Shown piece by piece: positions 16,080-24,000 of a stretch of DNA of 24,000 bases. This DNA comes from an uncultured Candidatus Saccharibacteria bacterium (GTDB taxonomy: Bacteria > Patescibacteriota > Minisyncoccia > Phycocordibacterales > Phycocordibacteraceae): contig CAYQCB010000011.1 in the NCBI GenBank assembly GCA_964415875.1, positions 1 to 24,000 on the forward strand. The letters are read 5' to 3'. The notes beneath the pieces are model-generated. The model had not been told where the DNA came from. It made no database searches and saw nothing but the letters and a program-made list of their open reading frames with translations. The first letter of the stretch is position 1, and each line of letters starts with the position of its first letter. The translations under genes were made by a program, and so were the position numbers.

Positions 16080-16084
16080 CAGTC

Positions 16085-17170
16085 ATGGTACGAAAGCTCT
16101 TTGCCCTTCTCAGCCGATACGAGCGACACCTCTCTGCCGCTGCGATGGTGGGCGGCTTTGTGCTCGACAACCTTTACTTTGGTCGGATCGACGTGTGGCG
16201 TACGCAGATGCTGTTCGCCATCTACACTGGCGTGTGTGTGGTCTCAATGCTTGCCCTGCACGCCATAGAGACGCGCGCTGCGCGCGGCAAGGCACGCCCG
16301 CGATGGCGTCCGCTGCTCCCCATCGCCACACAATTTGCGCTCGGAGGGTTTTGGAGCGGTTTTGTGATTTTCTACGGACGCAGTGCCGTCTTTTCTGCGT
16401 CGTGGCCATTTATGTTGGTACTTCTCGCCATTTTTCTTGCGAATGAATACTTTTCGAAATATCACGAACGGCTTGTCTTTACGAGTATTTTGTTTTTCTT
16501 CGCATTGTATTCCTACGCAGTTTTCGCAGTGCCGATATACACCGGAAAGTTGGGAGCACTGTCATTTATAGAAAGCGGAGCCGTTGCGGTGGCAGCGTTT
16601 GCGCTCTTTGCGCTTCTGCTACGCCTCGTCGGGAAAGATCGCTTTAAGGCAGACTTGCGGCGCATACGCACGGGGGCAATTATTGTGTTGCTGGTATTCA
16701 ACATTTCATATTTTACGAATATTCTCCCGCCGCTGCCGCTTGCGGCAAAGGCTGCAGGTGTGTACCACGGCGTGTGGAGAGTGCCAGGAGCCTACTTGGC
16801 TTCTACGGAGGACCAGTCCTGGGAAGTGCGGTACCTGGGTCTTGCACCGACGCTACACGTGGTCTCTGGCGAATCGCTCTACGCGTATACGTCGGTTTTT
16901 GCACCGACAACACTGACCACGACGATCGTGCACCGCTGGCAGTGGTATGACCCTGTGGCAAAAAAATGGATCACAAAAGCCGCCGTGACGTACCCCATTG
17001 TGGGTGGGCGAGACGGCGGGTACAAAGGCTACTCCGCCGCGCTAGTGACGGTTGAGGGGTCGTGGAGAGTCGATGTGGAGACAGACGATGGCAGACTCAT
17101 TGCGCGGTTACCGTTTACTGTTGTGCAAAGCCAGCTCCCACCCGTGGAGACCACTATTACCCTTGAGTAG
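16085..17170 (+). CDS. DUF2914-domain membrane protein
   Basis: Multi-TM N-terminus and C-terminal VYHGVWRVPGAYLAS...VVSGESLYAYTSVFAPTTLTTTIVHRWQWYDPVAKKWITKA...YKGYSAALVTVEGSWRVDVETDDGRLIARLPFTVV; start set at ATG 16085, not inside the tRNA. Confidence 0.75.
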   Translation: MVRKLFALLSRYERHLSAAAMVGGFVLDNLYFGRIDVWRTQMLFAIYTGVCVVSMLALHAIETRAARGKARPRWRPLLPIATQFALGGFWSGFVIFYGRSAVFSASWPFMLVLLAIFLANEYFSKYHERLVFTSILFFFALYSYAVFAVPIYTGKLGALSFIESGAVAVAAFALFALLLRLVGKDRFKADLRRIRTGAIIVLLVFNISYFTNILPPLPLAAKAAGVYHGVWRVPGAYLASTEDQSWEVRYLGLAPTLHVVSGESLYAYTSVFAPTTLTTTIVHRWQWYDPVAKKWITKAAVTYPIVGGRDGGYKGYSAALVTVEGSWRVDVETDDGRLIARLPFTVVQSQLPPVETTITLE

Positions 17171-17252
17171 CTACGCGCAACTAGTCTCGTGCTGAGAAAT
17201 ATATGAGTTAACGAAACCCATATATTCACGTAGCCGCTCTGCTCAGAGCGCA

Positions 17253-17771
17253 CTAGCCAGCTTTCACACGTAGTTTAGTCTGGCGTGCTTTGTCTAGTTT
17301 TGGCATGATAATGGTCACGAGGCCGTCTTTTGCGGCTGCGGATGAGTTTTCCACGTCTACTTCTTGCGGAAGAAGTATTTTTCGTGCAAAAGATCCCCAA
17401 AAAAGTTCGCGTATGAAAAAATCGTCAGTCGACACCTGTTCACGCTCACTGCGTGAACCACTTATTTCAACCATGTCTCGGCTGATAGAAATGCTCAGCT
17501 CGTCAGGACGTACTCCCGCTACAAAGGCGCGGATAACAATGTCGCTGCCGGTCTGGTGTACGTCTACTGGCAACTCAGGCTCGTTTCCGAGCTTATCCTC
17601 TTCTAGCGTGGGGCGGTGCTGCATGAGTTCCTGTGCGCCCGTGCTCTCATGCCGCTCCGGTATGGTTGCAAGCGGCAGATCCTCGTCAAACGAATCGTAA
17701 AGGTCGTTTGACGAGTGACTGCTGCCGGTGAGGCGATCGAAAAATGAGCGTTTCGTATTCATGCTTAGCAA
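17253..17771 (-). CDS. Hsp20/alpha-crystallin family small heat shock protein
   Basis: LPVDVHQTGSDIVIRAFVAGVRPDELSISISRDMVEISGSR...RKILLPQEVDVENSSAAAKDGLVTIIMPK. Confidence 0.9.
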   Translation of the reverse strand: MLSMNTKRSFFDRLTGSSHSSNDLYDSFDEDLPLATIPERHESTGAQELMQHRPTLEEDKLGNEPELPVDVHQTGSDIVIRAFVAGVRPDELSISISRDMVEISGSRSEREQVSTDDFFIRELFWGSFARKILLPQEVDVENSSAAAKDGLVTIIMPKLDKARQTKLRVKAG

Positions 17772-18469
17772 GTATTAGGGGGGAGATTTCGGTAGCGGAA
17801 AAACTTGAGTACTTCAAACGCAGCGAACACGGCAACGACGGCGCTCCACACTAGGAAAAAAGCCGTGAGCGAGTGCGTCCCGCTTGCATTCATGATAATA
17901 GCGTTGAACGTAGTGTGCAACGTGATGGCGAGGATAAGTCCAAACGCTGCGGCAAGAACTCGCTCAAACGGTCTTGCTCCTGCCGAGAAAGCAAGCGAGA
18001 AGCCGACGGCAGCAGAGGCTGCCACGTGCAGCAGGGTGGAGCCAAGAAAGCGCAGGTCGCTTACGTTTAGCCCGGTCGTGATGTTGCCCGAGAGTAGTGG
18101 CGAGAGCACGAAGAGTGTGTTTTCCGCTGCAGCGAAACCGAGCGCTACGGTGATCATGTAAATGACATAATCAGGGCTCTCATCGACTGCAGAGAGCCAG
18201 AAAATAAAGACGGCTGCCATCGCGTATTTTAGAAACTCCTCAATGGTTGCCCAAGCAATGACTACAGAGAACTGATTATGGAATAGTGTCGCCGCGTACT
18301 GTTCGGGGAAAACGGCGAGAGCCACTGCCGCCATGCCCACAATAAAAGCGAGTGCAATGGCTCCGCGCGGTTCGGGGCAGCGCGTATCTTCTCTCAAGAG
18401 CAGGTACAGCCAGATGAAGGAGGGTAGAAAACCGCCGATAAATACATAGCCGAGAGTGGAAAGAGTCAC
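17765..18469 (-). CDS. PrsW family intramembrane metalloprotease-like protein
   Basis: WATIEEFLKYAMAA (EE motif), ALGFAAAENTLFVL, STLLHVAASAAVGFSLAF. Confidence 0.85.
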   Translation of the reverse strand: MTLSTLGYVFIGGFLPSFIWLYLLLREDTRCPEPRGAIALAFIVGMAAVALAVFPEQYAATLFHNQFSVVIAWATIEEFLKYAMAAVFIFWLSAVDESPDYVIYMITVALGFAAAENTLFVLSPLLSGNITTGLNVSDLRFLGSTLLHVAASAAVGFSLAFSAGARPFERVLAAAFGLILAITLHTTFNAIIMNASGTHSLTAFFLVWSAVVAVFAAFEVLKFFRYRNLPPNTC

Positions 18470-18519
18470 TGCTGTATTCTACCCCACTCAGGGGTCGATT
18501 TTCCGTAGCGCAAGGAGAG

Positions 18520-20739
18520 TTATTTTTTTTCGGTCGGCCACGCAGCGACCATGAGGAAGCGCGCGTCTTTTTGTGGCAACGACTGCCAGATTTCTTCAGT
18601 GACGAATGGCATGAAGGGGTGGAGGAGGCGAAGCGTGATGTCGAGAAGGTGCAGGAGGAGTGCTTTTCGAGACGCCTTTGCCGCTTCGTCAGTTCCAGCA
18701 AGAATCGGCTTCGATTCCTCAACGATTTTGTCTGCAAGCTCGTGCCACGCGTAGTGGTAGAGTTTTTCAGCAGCGAGGTAGATGCGGAATTCCTCCATGT
18801 CTTTGGTGACGTCTGCGACAATTTCGTTAAGTGCTGTTTTGTGTGCTTCGTCTGCGGCCGTGAGTGTCGCATCCATATATGCACCCTGGCTATTTTCCAG
18901 CACGAAGCGAGAAATGTTCCACAGCTTGTTAGCAAAGCGACTGTAGCCGCGGATTTTTTCCTCGCTAATGCGCAAGTCGGTGCCCGGCGTGTTGCCCACC
19001 ACGAGCGCCATACGCGCAGCGTCTGCTCCGAATCTCTTTGATATATCGATAGGATCAAGGTTGTTGCCGAGCGACTTGCTCATCTTGCGCCCTTGCGCGT
19101 CGCGCACCAGGCCGTGGAGGTAGACTGTTTTAAAAGGAATGTCGTTCAAGGCAAACTCGGTCATAAGAATCATGCGGGCCACCCAGAACGGTAAAATATC
19201 ATAGCCGGTTTCGAGTACGTCAGTTGGCGTATAAGTACGGAAATCTTCAGTATCATCAGGCCACCCAAACGTGGAGAAAGTCCAGAGGCCGGAAGAAAAC
19301 CACGTATCGAGCGTGTCCTCGTCTTGCGTCCAACCACTCTCTGCTGGCTCGACGCCGACTTGCACTTCTTCGCCGCGATACCAAACGGGGATGCGGTGCC
19401 CGTACCAAATTTGGCGGCTGATGCACCAGTCGCGGAGATTTTCTATCCAGTGCATGTAAGTCTTCTCAAAGTAGTCAGGTACGAACTGAATACCTTTAAC
19501 ACGTACCGCGTCCAGCATCAGCTCTTTGAGTGATTTGCCGCGGCCGGGGATTTTCTTGTTCACATCAATAAACCACTGCAGTTTAATCTGGGGCTCGATC
19601 ATGCCAGTGGTGCGCTCCGCCGTTGCCACGTTGTGCGTGTAGGGCTCTTCTTTTACGAGCAGGCCCTTTTCACGCATTTTTTCCACAATCGCTTTACGAG
19701 CGTCGGCGATTTTCATGCCGGCAAACTCGCCCGCTATCGGGAGCATTTTGCCGTACTCGTCGATGACCTGCTCTTTTTCTAGGTTATGACGCTCAGCTAT
19801 TTCGAAGTCCTCCACGCTGTGCCAAGGTGTGATCGTCATAACGCCCGTACCAAACTCTCGGTCGATGACGTCGTCTTTGATGACCGTTGCCGTGATGGGG
19901 CCGTTTATCCACTCTACTTCGAGCTTATCGCCCTCTTTCCACTTCTCGTAGCGCGGATCCTCCGGGTGCATGACGACGTACTTGTCACCAAACTTCGTCT
20001 CGGGTCGAGACGTACCAATGGTGAAGGGCCCATACTTCAAATAGTAAAAGGTGGTCTGCTCCTCTTGGTAGACGATCTCGTCGTCGGAGATGGTGGTCTG
20101 GCCTTTCGGGTCCCAGTTCACGATGCGGTGGCCGCGGTAAATAAGCCCGGCGTCATACATGCGTTTAAAAATAGTGCGCACCGCGCGACTACGCACTTCG
20201 TCGAGGGTGAAGGTCTCGCGTGACCAGTCGAGTGAGGCGCCCATCGCTTCCACTTGGCCGATGATGGTGTCGTGGCTCTCTGCGGCAAAGGCATGAATGC
20301 GCTTCAAGAGCTCGTCGCGGCCAAGATCGTGGCGGTTTTTGTCTTCTTCTTTTTTAATTTTCTTCTCGACTACTGACTGTGTGGCAATGGCTGCGTGGTC
20401 GGTGCCAGGGAGCCACAGAGTGCGCTTGCCGCGCATGCGGTTAAAGCGAATGAGGGCGTCCTGAAGCGAGAGCATAAGCCCGTGGCCCATGTGGAGGCGG
20501 CCGGTGACGTTTGGCGGCGGAAGGACTATTGAGTAGGCCTCAGCGTCGGCTTTTGTGACACCCGCCTTTATGCACTCGTCAGGATTAAAAAGACCGCTTT
20601 CTTTCCAGGCGGCGTAGGTGCGCGCTTCAGTGGCTGCGCTGTCGTAGGGCTTTAGGAATTTTTCGTCCACTCCGTTAGAAACACCGTGCGCGCTCGTTGA
20701 GGGGGAGTTTTCTGTGTCGTTGTTTCTAACGGAGTCCAT
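18520..20739 (-). CDS. valS: Valyl-tRNA synthetase (short form, lacks long C-terminal coiled coil)
   Basis: PPPNVTGRLHMGHGLM, LPGTDHAAIATQ, WDPKGQTTISDDEI, GYDILPFWVARMI, GLVRDAQGRKMSKSLGNNLDP. Confidence 0.96.
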   Translation of the reverse strand: MDSVRNNDTENSPSTSAHGVSNGVDEKFLKPYDSAATEARTYAAWKESGLFNPDECIKAGVTKADAEAYSIVLPPPNVTGRLHMGHGLMLSLQDALIRFNRMRGKRTLWLPGTDHAAIATQSVVEKKIKKEEDKNRHDLGRDELLKRIHAFAAESHDTIIGQVEAMGASLDWSRETFTLDEVRSRAVRTIFKRMYDAGLIYRGHRIVNWDPKGQTTISDDEIVYQEEQTTFYYLKYGPFTIGTSRPETKFGDKYVVMHPEDPRYEKWKEGDKLEVEWINGPITATVIKDDVIDREFGTGVMTITPWHSVEDFEIAERHNLEKEQVIDEYGKMLPIAGEFAGMKIADARKAIVEKMREKGLLVKEEPYTHNVATAERTTGMIEPQIKLQWFIDVNKKIPGRGKSLKELMLDAVRVKGIQFVPDYFEKTYMHWIENLRDWCISRQIWYGHRIPVWYRGEEVQVGVEPAESGWTQDEDTLDTWFSSGLWTFSTFGWPDDTEDFRTYTPTDVLETGYDILPFWVARMILMTEFALNDIPFKTVYLHGLVRDAQGRKMSKSLGNNLDPIDISKRFGADAARMALVVGNTPGTDLRISEEKIRGYSRFANKLWNISRFVLENSQGAYMDATLTAADEAHKTALNEIVADVTKDMEEFRIYLAAEKLYHYAWHELADKIVEESKPILAGTDEAAKASRKALLLHLLDITLRLLHPFMPFVTEEIWQSLPQKDARFLMVAAWPTEKK

Positions 20740-20768
20740 TACCTATAGAATATAGCAAAATGCAGCGT

Positions 20769-21935
20769 TTACGCGAGTGAGCGGTTGCCGGAGGCGCGAA
20801 TGGTCTCCCGGTCTGCAAAGTCTTTCCGAAGGGCGCGAAAGTAGCCCGCGAGGCCAATCATGATGGCGTTGTCGGTGGAGAGCTGTTGCGTAGGAATGTG
20901 GAGCTGCACGTCTGTGCGCTCTACCAGTGCTTCGGCAAATGAGTTGCGCAAGTGCGCATTTGCACACACGCCGCCCCCAATGGCGAGCGAGTGCGCGCCG
21001 GTCTCGTCGAGTGCGCGCAGCGTTTTTTTAAGCAAAACGTCAACGACGGCATCTTCAAATCCTCGAGCAATGTCTTCTTTTTGCTCGTCGGAAAGGTCGC
21101 CGCTGGTGTATTTACGCATTTCGGTTTTAAGACCGGAGAAGGAAAAATCAAAATTGTCCTGGTCGAGCATGGGTCGAGGGAAATGGTATTCGCTTTTTGC
21201 AGCGCGTTCGCGTGACCTTGCTGCAAGTTTTGAAATCTCCGGGCCGCCTGGGTAGGGAAGGCCGAGCTGCCGCGCAACCTTGTCAAACGCTTCTCCCACA
21301 GCGTCGTCGCGTGTTTGTCCGACGAGCTCGTAGGAAAGCCACTTGCGCATAAGCACGAGCTCGGTGTGGCCGCCAGAGACCAGGAGCGCAAGCACAGGAA
21401 GGGCAACATCTGAAATAGCGATGCGGTCGTCTGCGTGCCTGGCGAGTGCGGCAACGATGTGCCCTTCCATGTGGTTTGTAGAAACGAGCGGCTTGTTCCA
21501 TACAAGAGAAAGTGCAACTGCAAAGTTTACGCCGACCCAAAGCGCTGGCTCGAGTCCGGGGCCTGCGGTCACAGCGATGGCGTCTATTTCAGGAGGTTCA
21601 ATTTCCGTAATGAAATTAAAAAACTGCTCTTCAAGTCCCGGTTCTCGTTCAAGAATAGTCGCAATACGATCGCGCACCTCACTCGACAAGGCCTGTGTGT
21701 CTTCGTGCACAAGATCTGCTTCGGAAAGTGCCGCCTCAAGCAAAGGGACTATGTTCTTGGCGTGTTCTCGCTTAGCGAGTGCGGGGAAAACGCCACCGAA
21801 CTCTCGGTGCAACTCTATCTGGGAAAGCAAGGCATTCCCCCGGACGCGAAAACTGGCGCCGTGCTCATCACCTGAACACTCGAGCACGGCGACTGCCGTC
21901 TCGTCGCAGCTGGTCTCAATAGCAAGTATGCGCAT
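20769..21935 (-). CDS. tsaD: tRNA N6-adenosine threonylcarbamoyltransferase
   Basis: MRILAIETSCDETAVAVL, LVSGGHTELVLM, GEAFDKVARQLGLPYPGGPEISKLA, IGGGVCANAHLRNSF. Confidence 0.96.
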   Translation of the reverse strand: MRILAIETSCDETAVAVLECSGDEHGASFRVRGNALLSQIELHREFGGVFPALAKREHAKNIVPLLEAALSEADLVHEDTQALSSEVRDRIATILEREPGLEEQFFNFITEIEPPEIDAIAVTAGPGLEPALWVGVNFAVALSLVWNKPLVSTNHMEGHIVAALARHADDRIAISDVALPVLALLVSGGHTELVLMRKWLSYELVGQTRDDAVGEAFDKVARQLGLPYPGGPEISKLAARSRERAAKSEYHFPRPMLDQDNFDFSFSGLKTEMRKYTSGDLSDEQKEDIARGFEDAVVDVLLKKTLRALDETGAHSLAIGGGVCANAHLRNSFAEALVERTDVQLHIPTQQLSTDNAIMIGLAGYFRALRKDFADRETIRASGNRSLA

Positions 21936-21954
21936 ATGTGGGTATTATACTCGT

Positions 21955-22515
21955 ATGCTACGAAATGACCTCCTGTGTTGGATTGACCTCGAAGTGACGT
22001 CGCTGCGCGACGCGCGCACCGACCAAATTATAGAAATTGCCGTTCTGCTGACGGATAGGGATCTGAAGGTAGTTGCTGAGGGTCCGGACATTGTGATACA
22101 CGCTGATCCGCAGCTTTTTGAAGGCATACCTGAGTCTACTCGCCTGCTTCACGAAAGGAGCGGCATTATGGCTGAGGTTGCAAAGAGTACCGTTACGGTA
22201 AAAGAGGCAGAAGCTGTGGTGTTGGCTTTCGTGTCAGAGTACGCCGTGCCGGGAACGATGCCGCTTTGTGGAAATTCAATCCACATGGACCGACATTTTC
22301 TGCGACTCCACATGCGCGCTCTCGACGACTTTCTGTTCTATCGATGCATTGATGTCTCGACCATAAAAGAGCTTGCCAGGCGTTGGGCACCAGAGCTCTA
22401 CGAAGAAGCACAGACACAAAAAGGAAAAAGCGAACATCGCGCCCTCGACGACATTCGTGCCTCAGTGCGAGAGCTCGCCTTTTATCGCACAAAGCTTTTT
22501 GCCGAAAACGCGTAG
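21955..22515 (+). CDS. orn: Oligoribonuclease-like DEDDh 3'-5' exonuclease
   Basis: LLCWIDLEVTSLRDARTDQIIEIAVLLTDRDLKVVAEGPDIVIH...PLCGNSIHMDRHFLRLHMRALDDFLFYRCIDVSTIKELARRW...KSEHRALDDIRASVREL. Confidence 0.9.
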   Translation: MLRNDLLCWIDLEVTSLRDARTDQIIEIAVLLTDRDLKVVAEGPDIVIHADPQLFEGIPESTRLLHERSGIMAEVAKSTVTVKEAEAVVLAFVSEYAVPGTMPLCGNSIHMDRHFLRLHMRALDDFLFYRCIDVSTIKELARRWAPELYEEAQTQKGKSEHRALDDIRASVRELAFYRTKLFAENA

Positions 22516-22520
22516 CGGTT

Positions 22521-23378
22521 TTACTCCTCAACTTCAACCCAAGGTACCGGGTGACCAAGGGGAATAAAAAACCCGGCGCTGCCTGCGTGACCACCTCCGC
22601 CATACTTTGCGGCTAGTGTAGACACGTCTACTGAGCCGTCACTGCGAATGGAAACACCGAAGCCGTCGGGGTGCGCGGAAACGACAAGTGCAATTGGTGG
22701 TAGTTTTTTATACAGCAGGCTACCGATGTGCGAACGCATGGTAATTGACGGAAGTGAGTTTGCGAACAAGCACTCAATGTCTTCAAAACGCACTTTTTTT
22801 GCAGCTTCAACGGCAATGGCACAGAGTTTTTCGTATTGATCGCGATAGGTTGCTGCAGTTGTGAGAAAGGCGTCGCGCTTCGTATCGTCGTCGAGCGTGT
22901 GTGCCAGGTCGTCCCACACGTGGAAGTCGTATGGCTGCGTAATGAGGTACGTCATGACGTTTGCCGTTTCGGGAAGGGCAAAGCGATACAAGTCGCCGTC
23001 TTCCAAGTATTTGAGAAGGAGCGGCGTCGGCGTCTCTGGATGAAAAAAAGACCAGGCGATGGTGGCGCCGGAACGATTGTTGTCAAACGTGTGCTCGGGC
23101 GCCGCCTCAACGAGCGCCTGTGAGCTTTCATGGTGGTCGAGTGCGACAAGGCGTTTTGCAGTTTTTGCCAGCTCTTCCATGGCACCTTCGTGTTCGAAAA
23201 TGAAGTCCAAGATGTAGACTTCTTTGCCTGCAAGTCCTTCCGGCACCGGGTCGCCGTAACCGGCTTCGAGGTATGTTGCGTTGTCGCCAAACACTTTCCA
23301 TGCGGCGTATGCTGCACCAAATCCGTCTGGGCAGCGCTTGTGATAGATGACGACAATATCTTTTTCAGGCATGAGCAC
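22521..23378 (-). CDS. DHH/DHHA1 family phosphoesterase
   Basis: VVIYHKRCPDGFGAAYAAW...LVALDHHES...YGGGGHAGSAGFFIP. Confidence 0.85.
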   Translation of the reverse strand: MLMPEKDIVVIYHKRCPDGFGAAYAAWKVFGDNATYLEAGYGDPVPEGLAGKEVYILDFIFEHEGAMEELAKTAKRLVALDHHESSQALVEAAPEHTFDNNRSGATIAWSFFHPETPTPLLLKYLEDGDLYRFALPETANVMTYLITQPYDFHVWDDLAHTLDDDTKRDAFLTTAATYRDQYEKLCAIAVEAAKKVRFEDIECLFANSLPSITMRSHIGSLLYKKLPPIALVVSAHPDGFGVSIRSDGSVDVSTLAAKYGGGGHAGSAGFFIPLGHPVPWVEVEE

Positions 23379-23381
23379 AGT

Positions 23382-24000
23382 TTACCGCACAAAACGCACG
23401 TAGATGCCGGCAGGGACGACTCGTTCCGTGTGAGATTCTTTAATGTGGAGCTCACCGCTCTCTCCCGACACATTGCCGAAGACTGATTCGACTGCTTGAG
23501 CGAAGGCGCGCGAGGCATAGCCCGATGCATAGCCGTTTAGAAGAAAAAACGAGCCAGACTTGTCGCTCAACAGTTTGCGAAGCTCGGTGAGGAGTGGCGA
23601 GAGGTCGTCTTCAATGTGCCAAACCTCGCCCTTTGCACCGCGGCCAAAAGCAGGCGGGTCAAGAATAATGCCGTCGTAGGTTGAGTTGCGCCGAACTTCG
23701 CGTTTTACAAACGCAAGTGCGTCGTCGAGCATCCAGCGAATGCCGTCTGCGGGCACATTTGAAAGGTTTGCGTTCTCGTGTGCCCAGTCGAGGGACTGCT
23801 TCGAGGCGTCGACGTGAGTCACAAATGCGCCGGAGAGTGCAGCTGTGACGCTGGCCGCGCCAGTGTAGCCAAAAAGATTCAGAACGCTTGGTTTCGAAAG
23901 GGGGGCAATGGTCTCGCGTACCCACTGCCAGTTTGGTGCCTGTTCAGGGAACAGTCCGGTGTGTTTAAAACTCGTGAGGCGGGCGAGAAATGTCGCGTCA
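23382..24000 (-). CDS. Class I SAM-dependent (rRNA) methyltransferase, RlmK/I-like; N-terminus beyond window
   Basis: Reading frame of 23382..23822 continues without stop to the window edge: ...PNWQWVRETIAPLSKPSVLNLFGYTGAASVTAALSGAFVTHVDASKQSLDWAHEN...YDGIILDPPAFGRG. Confidence 0.85.
   Translation of the reverse strand, partial: DATFLARLTSFKHTGLFPEQAPNWQWVRETIAPLSKPSVLNLFGYTGAASVTAALSGAFVTHVDASKQSLDWAHENANLSNVPADGIRWMLDDALAFVKREVRRNSTYDGIILDPPAFGRGAKGEVWHIEDDLSPLLTELRKLLSDKSGSFFLLNGYASGYASRAFAQAVESVFGNVSGESGELHIKESHTERVVPAGIYVRFVR

Noticed and set aside
16022-16084. N-terminal extension of the DUF2914-like ORF (MVEHSPEEGRVVGSSPTPSTV)
   Set aside because: This part is the tRNA-Phe gene read as protein; the ATG at 16085 is the plausible start.
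21343-22515. 390-aa ORF as annotated in the track
   Set aside because: The first ~200 codons are antisense to tsaD; the oligoribonuclease homology starts at ATG 21955.

Overview
The window looks like a Patescibacteria/CPR (Parcubacteria-like) chromosome segment; this assignment is inferred from gene content and style. Conserved genes are a DUF192 protein, a class II ribonucleotide reductase (nrdJ), RNase P RNA on the minus strand, an O-antigen-ligase/TPR-like membrane protein, murJ, lepA, an FtsB/DivIC-like protein, a glutaredoxin-like protein, DoxX, a DUF2914-like protein, Hsp20, PrsW, valS, tsaD, an oligoribonuclease-like exonuclease, a DHH phosphoesterase and an SAM methyltransferase. There are three tRNAs: Gly(CCC), Arg(CCT) and Phe(GAA). 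The non-routine part is ~11.34-15.11 kb, a minus-strand block of small uncharacterised ORFs between tRNA-Arg and a DoxX gene. It begins with two near-duplicate consensus sigma70 promoters, followed by a 13-aa leader ORF, stacked hairpins and a 20-bp-arm terminator-like hairpin. Two unrelated ~180-198 aa genes follow, each with a ~160-180 nt repeated structured element 3' of its stop codon; the element carries a perfect Shine-Dalgarno plus a 2-4 codon micro-ORF. Several tiny membrane or coupled ORFs come next. The block ends in a sequence matching the full catalytic core of a type III hammerhead ribozyme (11515-11565, minus). I regard this locus as the best candidate for an undescribed system. 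A second oddity is an intact tRNA-Gly(CCC) flanked by a diverged 5' half copy and 3' half copy of itself with hairpin-rich spacers.
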